A DNA stretch of 64,000 nucleotides from Sedimentisphaerales bacterium (GCA_963663965.2 CAXXFK010000028.1:589212-653211), one strand, 5' to 3'; positions 10,801 to 19,495 are shown, numbered from the stretch's first letter. The notes: generated from the sequence alone by a model not told the origin. A program made the numbers and translations.

Positions 10801-11433
10801 GATGTGTCTTGCGGTGAGGCATACTGGTGCAATGAGGCTGATATCGACAGGTCTGGCGTTGTAGATTTCAACGACTTAGCTATCTTAGCGGATAATTGGC
10901 TCGATGCTTATCGATGGGATAGCACATGGCTTGAAAATATGAACTTTGAATTTGGAGATTTGACCCATTGGAGGGTCTCGGAATGCGGTTTCTTTTTGGA
11001 TTCAATAATGATCGAGAATGCGCCATTAAGTACAGAAGGAGAGTATAGCGCCAGAGCCGATTTACAAGCTACATATGCTGGTGAAGAGGCTTTTTATCTT
11101 GAAGGTTGCATAAATCTATATCGGCATTTTGATTTACCTTGGACTGGGGATTGGCAAGTGTCATTTGACGCCCAGCTACTGTGTGATGACTATCCAATGC
11201 CTGATCGCTCTCTAATGGATGTGGTACTAAATAGAACTTGGCTTGACACCATACCCGATGAAACCCCATACTATATTTTACCAAATAAGAGGTATACATT
11301 CTCTGGGCAGTTGACAGCGACTTCATCTTTAGACATGTCCATTAATATGAGAACACCATGGTATAGTCAATGGGAAAATAGAATTTCTCTGCTTATTGAC
11401 AACTGCCGAATAATTCCTGTTGAGAGCAATTAA
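7894..11433 (+). CDS. Secreted S8 subtilisin-like serine protease with probable DNRLRE-like, CARDB and dockerin-like domains (likely start 7927)
   Basis: Catalytic motifs IAIVDNG, HGTACAG, AASGN, GTSAACP; DELDEGNN CARDB motif; paired DxDxxxxVD..DL..LA..W repeats; visibly lower GC than flanks. Confidence 0.92.
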   Translation: MRMGILKRIFAMYRKFLFSAIVLILTLNCSWADKPEYVSNGKRYMTERMLIMKSDKKILREHKFQEWEQEKREIIPVIINLNICSEDEGADIPAEMVLEERIIVQQDRILDKLLKNKKVRIRYIFQLIPSISCEIPANLLNSLSINPIIDSVEPIEKGKLLTKQGIPQIGGDVYRSQYTGNGISIAIVDNGIEADHPYLGDGEFGVLTAKIKGGRSFVPGDGSYVTPSDTHGTACAGIAAGGLDYKELNDDYIGGVAYNSHLYSLKILEGKNDIESDVVCSAIEWCTLQKEYVDSSLLVISMSFGVNGFLSPYDGYCDNKYTSLYNAVNVAKGKGITLVAASGNDGDTNGMNSPACLSNVISVGAVYDNSIPNYKYIDNNTVICGPEQGEPDKVACFSNSSWSLDLLAPSYQAATTIIGGSIYDGFSGTSAACPYVAGAVAVIQEAADDILGHYLTPDEIREKLTSTGDNIADHRAGANNRVTPRINIAKAIQSMMHKVTVSSDSNGSIDPIGEVYVKPGGSLVFNATPSAGYVVDVWKKKGVVVQSGGTYYPLTNVTAPCTLEVTFKYPASQGTTVPLTATEYANIYSNSPTVNNTYANVMQIYYQGPPYNYWAGLLKFNLNGIPAGSTINSARLELNCLRDDGNNNIGLLKCISGWTQSTVCWNNVPDTGGVTFNSDSSGVGTWIWVNPYLDQYVQSWIDDPSMNYGLFLGANTYGFAEFSNGSSGVSYVKRPKLVVDYSGPPPADLIVRDLDPTPTPDGGVYYVGDTINWEVDVKNNSTHGYADETKASFHIVSSLSETLNATNFIDDQIIEPLEPGKSDSGSVSYPFEDSDVGTRYVIAKADYYDVVDELDEGNNTRVYGPFTVSRRGSLFVLLEPKEIHDSDAKWSIDGTHWYDSGHTLTNIPAGTYMLSYQTVADWNAPASLPVHINNNTTKSLSRVYTKRYDIDRNNIVDLSDLSLLADRWQDVSCGEAYWCNEADIDRSGVVDFNDLAILADNWLDAYRWDSTWLENMNFEFGDLTHWRVSECGFFLDSIMIENAPLSTEGEYSARADLQATYAGEEAFYLEGCINLYRHFDLPWTGDWQVSFDAQLLCDDYPMPDRSLMDVVLNRTWLDTIPDETPYYILPNKRYTFSGQLTATSSLDMSINMRTPWYSQWENRISLLIDNCRIIPVESN

Positions 11434-11504
11434 AAATATTAGCGGCGGCGTGGTCCTGGCAATCTGTGCGGGGTAACAAATGACGGCTGGGATCCTCGGT
11501 TCGG

Positions 11505-11681
11505 CTGGTCGACGTAGCGGCCCGACAAGCCAAAACGCTGGCGGATGCCTTTACGACGATTGAGGAACTCTGGGCCTGGGAATTTGACGGCCCGGCCCGG
11601 CGCGATATGAGCGGGGCGGCGGTCAGAGGGCGCGGACGTGACGCGGGCGCGATTGAGAGTTTTTGATTGGTTTGTGGGAGA
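11505..11681 (+). repeat. Direct repeat copy 2: orphan 3' fragment of the LamG gene with an internal deletion
   Basis: 11535-11681 matches 7372-7518; 11505-11543 (LVDVAARQAKTLA) matches 7189-7227 (LVAEADRQAKTLA). Confidence 0.9.
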
Positions 11682-11773
11682 TTGTTTGTCGTAATGAGAC
11701 AGAAATACCCGTATAAGTTAAAGAAGAAAATTTTAGACAGGATTAATAGGATAGATCAGGAAAAGCATTCCCT

Positions 11774-12049
11774 ATGAAAATACAAAAAAGGTTAATCCAA
11801 CTTATTTGGTATTATTACTGGATAATGTTTATCTTGATCATTGGCGCTGCTTTTACACTCGACTTGAACCGTTCGATCTATTTTCTTCCCAGAGGTATAT
11901 CAATTATTCTAACGGAATTTATGTTTATGAGTAATGTTGTAGCCGGAATCCTATTGCTGTTGTTAGATGTGCGTCATCGGTTACTTGTTTTAATCGCACT
12001 CCTGGTTATGGTCCTTTTTGGCCTGCCGGATGTGTTTGGCGGTTTTTAG
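11774..12049 (+). CDS. Small hypothetical membrane protein (about 3 TM helices)
   Basis: 91-aa strongly hydrophobic AT-rich ORF filling an intergenic gap. Confidence 0.6.
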   Translation: MKIQKRLIQLIWYYYWIMFILIIGAAFTLDLNRSIYFLPRGISIILTEFMFMSNVVAGILLLLLDVRHRLLVLIALLVMVLFGLPDVFGGF

Positions 12050-12166
12050 TTCAGTTGAAGTTTCTTTGGTCTGCTGCACCTGACGGAATGATTTGAGGCA
12101 GAATATTTTGGACAGGATATGTGGTATGGTTCGCAATATGAATTCGTACATTGCAGGCGGTACTGA

Positions 12167-14278
12167 TTACTGGCGGTAGAGGCGTTGCACTGTCAGGTGT
12201 TGCAGTAGGGTGTTGGGGGTGAGTTGGATCGGGAGGCCGTCGATGAGGCGGGCACCGGGGTGGATGGCGGGTGTGTTGGTATCGGTGGTGATCTGATACT
12301 CCTGGGCGGGCTCTACAGTGAACCACTGTGGGAACTGATTGATGCGGGGGTAATCGAGTGGGAGTTTCATGAAGGCGCGGTAACGGGGCTGGTCGAAGAT
12401 CAAAACGCCGGACCAGGGCTGGTCGGCTATCAGGCTGAGGTGGAGTCGATTATCCTGGCAGACCGCGCCCAGGCAGACATCATCGCGCCAGGGCTGGATG
12501 GTGACGCCCTGCTGTTTCCAGAGCGCCCACATGATGGCTGTGCGGGCGTAGTTGCCATCCCCGTGCCAGCCTTCGATGGTGCCATCCGGTTTCTGGATGT
12601 CGAGCATGCGGTTGATATTGGCGTCGATCCAGTCGGGAACCCCGGCGCTATCCGGTTCGCGATTGAACAGGTTGAGCGCGCCTTCAACCGAATCGGCGAT
12701 GCCATCCGCACTCTGACCCTCCCAGGGGAATTTCCAGTAATGGTCTTTCAGATTGGACAGGGCCAACCGGGTCGCCTGGCGATAAGGCTCTTCCCGGTCG
12801 AGCAGATAGACGGTATAGAACCCATTATAGTTGTAGCCCCAGTTGTCATGGATAGTGGGGTTGAGGACGGCGCCGGTGCGTGGATTGATGGTCTGGTACA
12901 TGAGGCCGTATTCGTTGCGGCCGTATTTGAGGATATCATCCAGCATGGACTGGATAGGCTGACGATAGGCGCGGGCTTTGGCCGGGCGGGCCGTGTGGCA
13001 GGCGGCGTAAACCTCGGTCAGGCCGGAGATGAGTTCGCAGTTATGATCGCGCAGGCCCAGTTCGGTAAAGTCGCGGGTGGGGTGGTGATCGCCCAGCAGG
13101 TAGTAATCGGCGATGCGGCAGGCCATATCGAGATAGCGAGTATTGCCGGCATTGAAATAGAGGCGGCTGAGGACCTGCATCATTTCACCGTTGACTTCGA
13201 CGTTATTGGAAGGGAGCCGGCCGAAGGGGGTCTCGAAAGGGGCCTGGTCGAGGATGCTGTCGATGATGGCGGTCATGCGTTGGGACCAGGGGGTGGGGCC
13301 GAGCCATTCGGTAATGGGCATGAGGCCGTCCTTAACGTATTCGGAGCCATTGAAGATCAGGCTGTCGAGGCTTTCCTTTTCGTAGCGGTGTTTCCGGGTA
13401 TCGAAGTCGTATTGCGCGGGCAGGCCGTTGGCCTGGGTGGCGATACGGGTTTCGGTATGGAGAATGTCGAGCATGCGGCCCTGATACAGGGCGCGGTCGG
13501 TCAGGGCGGCGGTCAGGACCATAAATGCGTAGTTGTCGGCGGCGGCGTCTTTGCCGTTCCAGAGGTTCTTGTCGCGGGACAGATTGCGAGGAATCAGGCC
13601 GGTTGTGGGATCGGTGTGGCTGAGCCAGCCATCCACATATTTGCGGCAGCGGCGCAGGGCTTCGTTGGCCTGACGGCCGTGGATGAACGCGCGGCGGGTG
13701 ATGGCGAGTTGATCATTCTGGAGTTCACGCGCCCAGAGTTCCAGTTGAGTGGGCGGTGGGCTGGTGAGCTGGATCAGGTGGGAATCGGCGGGCGGCAGTT
13801 CACCATCCGGCGGGGTATCGGGTGTGGTCAGCCGGATAGCGGCCAGGAAGGCGGCTTTGGGCTGGTCGGGCTTGAGGGTGATCTGGTAGTTTTCTGTATC
13901 GGCGGCAGCGGCGGGGAGTTGGATCCGCTGCCACTGGAAGTCGTTGTAGTCGCCGGCTTTAATGGCAATGGGAGAAGTGTTGTTGACGATAAGGATGGCC
14001 GCGCGCTGATCATTTTTGGCGCCCCAAAGCAGATCGAGTACATAGTCGGCAGTGGGTTTGATGGCAATGGTCAGGTAGAGCGGGCTGTCGCCGAGAAAGT
14101 GGTAAGGTGTGCCCAGGTATTTCTGGTTATCCGGAGCGTTGAACCGGAGCCAGGCGGCGGGCTCGGCCCGGAGGTGGCCGGTTAGTATGATTAAGACCAA
14201 TACGGGGACTATTCTGGATTGAGTTGACATGGCTGTTATCCTGGCAGGGTTGAGCGATGTAACCGGTTGATAAGACAT
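12167..14278 (-). CDS. Exported hypothetical protein, possibly (alpha/alpha)-barrel glycosidase-like (likely start 14230)
   Basis: 703-aa ORF with host-like codon bias and signal peptide; helical, aromatic/acidic C-terminal two thirds; fold is an inference. Confidence 0.7.
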   Translation of the reverse strand: MSYQPVTSLNPARITAMSTQSRIVPVLVLIILTGHLRAEPAAWLRFNAPDNQKYLGTPYHFLGDSPLYLTIAIKPTADYVLDLLWGAKNDQRAAILIVNNTSPIAIKAGDYNDFQWQRIQLPAAAADTENYQITLKPDQPKAAFLAAIRLTTPDTPPDGELPPADSHLIQLTSPPPTQLELWARELQNDQLAITRRAFIHGRQANEALRRCRKYVDGWLSHTDPTTGLIPRNLSRDKNLWNGKDAAADNYAFMVLTAALTDRALYQGRMLDILHTETRIATQANGLPAQYDFDTRKHRYEKESLDSLIFNGSEYVKDGLMPITEWLGPTPWSQRMTAIIDSILDQAPFETPFGRLPSNNVEVNGEMMQVLSRLYFNAGNTRYLDMACRIADYYLLGDHHPTRDFTELGLRDHNCELISGLTEVYAACHTARPAKARAYRQPIQSMLDDILKYGRNEYGLMYQTINPRTGAVLNPTIHDNWGYNYNGFYTVYLLDREEPYRQATRLALSNLKDHYWKFPWEGQSADGIADSVEGALNLFNREPDSAGVPDWIDANINRMLDIQKPDGTIEGWHGDGNYARTAIMWALWKQQGVTIQPWRDDVCLGAVCQDNRLHLSLIADQPWSGVLIFDQPRYRAFMKLPLDYPRINQFPQWFTVEPAQEYQITTDTNTPAIHPGARLIDGLPIQLTPNTLLQHLTVQRLYRQ

Positions 14279-14489
14279 TCATTGGAATTGTAAGGGATTG
14301 GATTGGGTTTGAAAATGAGAAATTGCATGGTAAGGTAAAATCGAGTATGAAATGGTTTTTTCTTGCTCCTGCGGCGGCGCTTTTTGTAAAATTGATAGAT
14401 TCGTTAAGGAAGTAGTGTTTTTTTAACCGTGAATCTGGGAAATATTCGTTTAAGTAAATGACACAGGCATCATGTGAGGATCTGTATGC

Positions 14490-15191
14490 ATGAACCATTC
14501 TGATACCCAAGTTCATCAGCCGGGAACACCCGCGGGAGGGGTCTTTACTCTCCCGATTGTGGGCATTGTGCTGATTTCCTGTGTCTGCGGCTGGTTTATG
14601 ATGCAATTGGAGATTCTCGGTGTGCGAATTCTGGTGCCGTATTTCGGCAGTACGGTTACGGTGGTGACCGGCAGCGTGATCGGCGTGTTTCTGCTGAGTC
14701 TTTCGGTTGGCTATTTACTGGGCGGCTGGTTGTGCGGCAAGCTGAATGCCTGGGTCTGGCTGGGGATTGTGATGATGTTGGTCGGGGTATGGAAATATGC
14801 CATTCCCATCATCAAAGATCCGATCTGTGATCCAATTTCCATGTCCCAGATCGATGAAAAGTGGGGGTCTCTGCTGGCGTCGCTGATTCTGTTCGGCGTG
14901 CCCACGGTGCTGCTGGGTACGGTTTCGCCTACCGTGGTGCACTGGCTGACCGCCCGGACGGGTAACTCCGGTTTCAGCGCCGGGCTGGTGCTGGCGGCCT
15001 CCACCATGGCCGGTTTCACGGGGTGTGTGGTGACGGCGTTTTATCTGGTGTTGTATTCGCTGCAAGCCACGCTCAAAAATTCCGGGATCATCCTGGTGGG
15101 ACTGGGGGGCATTGTGCTGGTGACCACTCTGCAGCTTATGCGCGCGCGGAAAAAAACTGATGTGATATCCAAGGAGGTAAAACATGACTAA
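14490..15191 (+). CDS. Membrane (MFS-like) module of the fused MFS/spermidine synthase family
   Basis: MQLEILGVRILVPYFGST, SVIGVFLLSLSVGYLLGG, LLGTVSP motifs; several TM helices. Confidence 0.85.
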   Translation: MNHSDTQVHQPGTPAGGVFTLPIVGIVLISCVCGWFMMQLEILGVRILVPYFGSTVTVVTGSVIGVFLLSLSVGYLLGGWLCGKLNAWVWLGIVMMLVGVWKYAIPIIKDPICDPISMSQIDEKWGSLLASLILFGVPTVLLGTVSPTVVHWLTARTGNSGFSAGLVLAASTMAGFTGCVVTAFYLVLYSLQATLKNSGIILVGLGGIVLVTTLQLMRARKKTDVISKEVKHD

Positions 15192-16122
15192 CCCTGTCTC
15201 AAAATCTTTCCTGATTGGCGTTCTCAGTTTATTGACCGTTGTGCTGCCGACCACACTCTTTGCTTTGGTCTATGATTATGGCGATGTTGTCCATGTGCAG
15301 AATACGCTCTATACGAGTATTTACGTTTATCAAAACGATTCGGTAATGACGCTGCAATTCGGCCGGCGGAATATGGATGCTGTGCAAAGTCAGGTGGATG
15401 TGGATAATCCCCGTCTGCACTTGCTGGAATATTCCGAGATGGTTTTCAGCGGGCTGCTCTATCAGTCCGAGCCGAACACTGTCCTGGTGCTTGGTCTGGG
15501 CGGCGGGGTGATCCCCCGCGAAATGCGGCATTATTTTCCCAACGCAACCATCGATATCGCCGAGATTGACCGGGAGATGCTGCCGATCGCTTCGAAGTAT
15601 TTCAAGTTTCAGCCGGATGATCGTATGAAGGTGCATGTCGGGGACGGCCGCATGTTTGTCAAAAAACAGATGCGGCTCGATCCGGTCCCGAAATACGATT
15701 TTATTGTATTGGATGCATTTAACAGCGATTACATTCCCTTTCATCTGATGACCAAAGAGTTTCTGGATGAGCTGCAAGGGGTGCTGGCGGACGATGGCGT
15801 GATTGTGGCCAATGTGTTTTATACCAGTCAGCTTTTTGATGCTGAATTCAAAACATTTCTTGACGTTTTTGGGCGATGCCAGGTCTATTACGGCAAGAAC
15901 TCCAGCAACGCGATGATTGTATCGCCCGGGCCGGATGGTCCGGTCTTAACCGCTGAGGAAGCGGTTAAAAAGGCGGGCGAACTTCAGGAGAAACTGAAGT
16001 TATCGCTTAATCTGGTCCGGGTGGCAAAGTTGTTATCCCCTTATGCCAAGCCCCACCCGCGGGCCATCCCGCTGACGGATGACCGCGCCCCGGTGAATCG
16101 ATTGCGGACCCAAAAACGGTAG
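15184..16122 (+). CDS. Spermidine synthase-like SAM-dependent transferase module
   Basis: VLVLGLGGG, EID, GDGR, YDFIVLDAF, PFHLMTKEF, LTDDRAPV; overlaps upstream gene by 8 nt. Confidence 0.88.
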   Translation: MTNPVSKSFLIGVLSLLTVVLPTTLFALVYDYGDVVHVQNTLYTSIYVYQNDSVMTLQFGRRNMDAVQSQVDVDNPRLHLLEYSEMVFSGLLYQSEPNTVLVLGLGGGVIPREMRHYFPNATIDIAEIDREMLPIASKYFKFQPDDRMKVHVGDGRMFVKKQMRLDPVPKYDFIVLDAFNSDYIPFHLMTKEFLDELQGVLADDGVIVANVFYTSQLFDAEFKTFLDVFGRCQVYYGKNSSNAMIVSPGPDGPVLTAEEAVKKAGELQEKLKLSLNLVRVAKLLSPYAKPHPRAIPLTDDRAPVNRLRTQKR

Positions 16123-16240
16123 GGTGGTCGAGCCGCGGCCTGATAAGAAGGGTTACGCATCAAGGCGCGACGACACGAAGAAAAGCAGATAAAGAGAAGG
16201 CCACAGGGCGATCAAGCCGCAACCAAAGAAAAAATAGTTC

Positions 16241-16305
16241 ACACAAAGCCGCAAAGCCGCAAAGATAAACAGCCATTTAGACAGGATCTCAGGATCGACA
16301 GGATA
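16241..16305 (+). repeat. Two triple-heptamer repeat motifs (CRCAAAG x3; CAGGAT x3)
   Basis: CACAAAG-C-CGCAAAG-C-CGCAAAG, then ATAAACAGCCATTTA GACAGGAT-CTCAGGAT-CGACAGGAT. Confidence 0.75.
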
Positions 16306-16329
16306 AAAAGTTCGGGACCATTAAAATAT

Positions 16330-17654
16330 GGCTCATCCGGTTAATGAGTAGTTTTGGTTATGGATATGATGGATCCGGAGATAGAAGTATTCCTGATCGC
16401 GGTAGCCATGAGCCATTCGTTGCAGGAGGCCGATTTTACGGTTATTGACTTCGACTTTGCTGGTGCTGATGGGATGGTCATACCAATTGAGCAGGAAGGG
16501 TTTCCAGAGTTGCAGTTGTTTGGCGGCATCCAGCAGGATCCGAATCCCGCTGGTTTGCGCCTGGCTGATCCAGCGTTTAAGTTCCTGTTCAGCCAGCGGA
16601 GCCGTGATCGCATCAAAAAGGAGACGGAGCCGTTCTTTCATGTAATAGGCGGTGGCCAGCGGCTGGTTGAGTTGCAGAGCCTCCTGCAACCGGTGCCGTT
16701 CATCTTTGGCGCTATCGGCATGGGATTTAAGGTTCTCCGGCGCTTTGAGCAGCAGCCAGCGGCTGCCTTTAAGTACCGCTTTGCCCATGGTATCGGCCTC
16801 CCGGTACAAATCCCGGCGTAAACTGGTCAGTTTGTCGTTAAACCATTTGACCAGATGAAAATGGTCCAGCACCAGTTTGGCTTGCGGCAGTTCTTTCAGG
16901 ACACTGGTCATAAAACCACTGGCCATATCGGTAGCCACCGCGGCAATCACCGCCCGGCTGCGTCGGACACGCCCCCAGAATCCCACCAGGGCCTCTTGGC
17001 CTTTGCCCTGGCCGATATGCAAAATTTGACCGCTTTCCAGGTCGGTTACCAGCGAGATGTATTTGCTTTTCCTGCCCAGATACAATTCGTCAATCCCCAG
17101 ATAACGAACCTTTTTCAGGGAAATCTTTCGGTACCGTCGACCTAGCCAGGACTTATGAATCGATTTGATGGTATCCCAGCTTAAGCCGGTCCGTCGGGCC
17201 ACCTCTTGCAGGGAAGCCGCCTGACATAAATCGATGACATACCGTTCCAACGCATGGGTGTAATGCTTCTTGGGGTCGGCAAATGGCAGATGAGGCTGAC
17301 GAATGGCCCCGCACGCCTGACATTTCAATCGGGGAATAGTGACAAGCAACTCCATTTGACGCAGACCGGCAGGTACCATGGCAAACCTCCGGGCCTTGTG
17401 ACCGAAGTAAATGAAATTACGGGAGTTACAACAAGGGCAACGCAGACTATCCGCCGGCAAGATGCCGTGAATCACGCTCTTGCCCGCAAAAATATTCTGT
17501 CTTTTGGTATTGAACACCTCGAACACCAAAAGTATGATACAACATACTTGTGGACATGACTTTAGCTCCTAATATGAGGTTTTATTTTTTTCCTCAAACA
17601 GTAAAGTCATGTCTCTCTTTTTGCAACATTAACTACTCATTTTTCGGAAGAACC
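16330..17654 (-). mobile_element. ISL3-family insertion sequence, 1325 bp
   Basis: Inverted repeats GGCTCATCCGGTTAATGAGTAGTT / GGTTCTTCCGAAAAATGAGTAGTT; 8-bp target duplication TAAAATAT at 16322-16329 and 17655-17662. Confidence 0.95.
16333..17557 (-). CDS. ISL3 transposase with one apparent frameshift near 17490
   Basis: CPCC..C..C zinc finger, LGIDE, VATDM, LDHFH, EVNNRKI..R.AHGYR; AGGAG then ATG at 17557 (MSTSMLYHTFG) joins the main frame if one base of the A5 run at 17488-17492 is removed. Confidence 0.92.
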
Positions 17655-18574
17655 TAAAATATCTGGTAAGATGAAGTAATTACTTTGCTTATAAAACATA
17701 AGAACAAAAAAGCTTGCTCAGAAAAAAGAAATGGTGGATTGTAGTACGAATAATGCCACCCGGCCAGACCCAGATGCGATCAAGCGACCATCGCAAGGCA
17801 GAAGTCCGAAAGGGCCGTCTCAGGAGGGCGGAGGTTGGCGGGTTGTTAAGACGATAGTGAACAAGCGGCGGTAAGGTCTTGATATTTAATGAGATGGGTG
17901 GTGGGTTTTGGAGGTTTGGGTTTGTTTGGCCTGGGTCTTTATGTAAGGTCAGGGGGGCGTTGACAGGAGGAGGGGGGGCGGTTGGGCTTGTTCTGGTTGG
18001 GTATTCGCTGCGCTCATGGGTGGAGATGATCTTTCGCCTCCGGTGCGAAATCCTGGCGGTAGCGGTGCGGGGGAGAATGGTTGATTGGATGGTTGTAACT
18101 TGTTGTTATGTCTATGGATATGGGTGATTTTGGCGATGTTGGGTTCGTTTCGCATCGGGTGGGGGTGATGGGTCGATTTGGGCGGCCCAGATGGGGTTTG
18201 TTGATGAAGAGAGAAGATTTTGATCACGATGAATCGTGGACTCCGTACAGGGGGGCTGGTGGGGATGTTAAAGATGATTGATATTCTGTGAAAATAATAT
18301 TTATAATTCGGGTGGCGATGGGTATACTGGGGCATTGATCTATGAAATGGGAATCGAGTAGTTGTCCAGTGGGCTGGATGGGAATGGTTTTGTGGTTTCT
18401 GGTCTGCTGGGTGATGCTCCTGAAAGTTGAGATGATGGTGTTTGTGATGGTGCATGATTGGTTTCAAAAAAGCAATAGGTCTTATAGGTCATTGGAGGAA
18501 GGAAGCGGGAGAAGAATATTTGCACCACAGAGGTCACCGAGGGCGCAGAGGAACAGCTGGAGTGGGGGGATGAT

Positions 18575-18662
18575 GGATAAAAAGGGATATGAGTTTAAAA
18601 GAATCCGAAGAATATAACAGCCATTTTTAACCACGGAAAAACGCGGAAAGACACGGAAGAAA
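18575..18662 (+). repeat. Direct repeat upstream of the GxxExxY gene containing CACGGAA-AAA-CGCGGAA-AGA-CACGGAA
   Basis: Matches 19105-19193; identical core also at 19527-19553. Confidence 0.93.
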
Positions 18663-18700
18663 TATAAATCCAGGAAATTATTTATTTCAGGAGATTGGTT

Positions 18701-19090
18701 ATGGCCCAGAATGGAGCCGGTTTGAAGTATGAGGATGAGATCTTTGCGGTGCGAGGGGCGGTGTTTGAGGTCTATCGAGAGATGGGGAACGGATTTCTGG
18801 AGGCGGTGTATCAGGAGTGTCTGGCGAAGGAACTGGCCGGGCGCGGGGTGCCGCATGTGGCACAATGGGAACTGGCGATTCGTTATAAAGGTGAGGCACT
18901 GGAACAGACTTACCGGCCAGATTTTGTTTGTTATGATAAGTTGATCGTGGAGATCAAGGCGGTGAAGGCTATTGCGGTGGAGCATAAAGCACAGGTGTTG
19001 AATTATTTGAAGGTGGCGGGGATGGAGGTGGGGTTGCTGGTGAATTTTGGGAGTTATCCGCAGGCTCAGATTGAACGGTTGATATTATGA
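18701..19090 (+). CDS. GxxExxY protein (PD-(D/E)XK nuclease superfamily)
   Basis: GFLEAVYQECL motif, YRPDFV, IVEIKA, QVLNYLK, GLLVNFG; CAGGAG RBS. Confidence 0.95.
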   Translation: MAQNGAGLKYEDEIFAVRGAVFEVYREMGNGFLEAVYQECLAKELAGRGVPHVAQWELAIRYKGEALEQTYRPDFVCYDKLIVEIKAVKAIAVEHKAQVLNYLKVAGMEVGLLVNFGSYPQAQIERLIL

Positions 19091-19130
19091 ATGGAAAAGC
19101 GGGAGGATAAAAAGGAATATGAGTTTTGAA

Positions 19131-19436
19131 AAAGGCAAAGAAGATAACAGCTTTTTTTTAACCACGGAAAAACGCGGAAAGACACGGAAGAAAGGCAAAA
19201 GGCAGGATGCAAAATTGGGAAGGCAGGCGTTGTTTGTGATTTTTTTATTTTTGATGGAGGTTGTTGGCTAATGGGGGGTGATGTGTTATGTGTCTAAAGT
19301 TTTACGGTGTTATGTATGATGGTGCCCGGCTATTGATTCTGCTGAAGGGATGTGAATGATGATGTGGAAGAAAACCTGTTTAGATCGGCCTGCCGTGGCG
19401 GATCTGCGGTATGGGCAATACAAGTATTACCCATCC
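19131..19436 (+). repeat. ~300-bp non-coding tandem repeat, unit 1
   Basis: Aligns end to end with 19496-19783 with scattered substitutions and a net 18-bp length difference. Confidence 0.95.
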
Positions 19437-19495
19437 CTATGCGATTTGGTGGTTTGTTTGGGATATAGGGTACAATTGAATGATATGATAAATAT

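Noticed and set aside
7372..11681. Diversity-generating retroelement TR/VR pair
   Set aside because: Differences are not adenine-specific and are mostly synonymous; no reverse transcriptase in the window
12224..14185. 653-aa + strand ORF
   Set aside because: Antisense shadow of the 703-aa minus-strand gene; no recognisable motifs
17949..18467. 172-aa His/Pro-rich minus-strand ORF
   Set aside because: Composition reflects the G/T-rich tract; no RBS or domain seen
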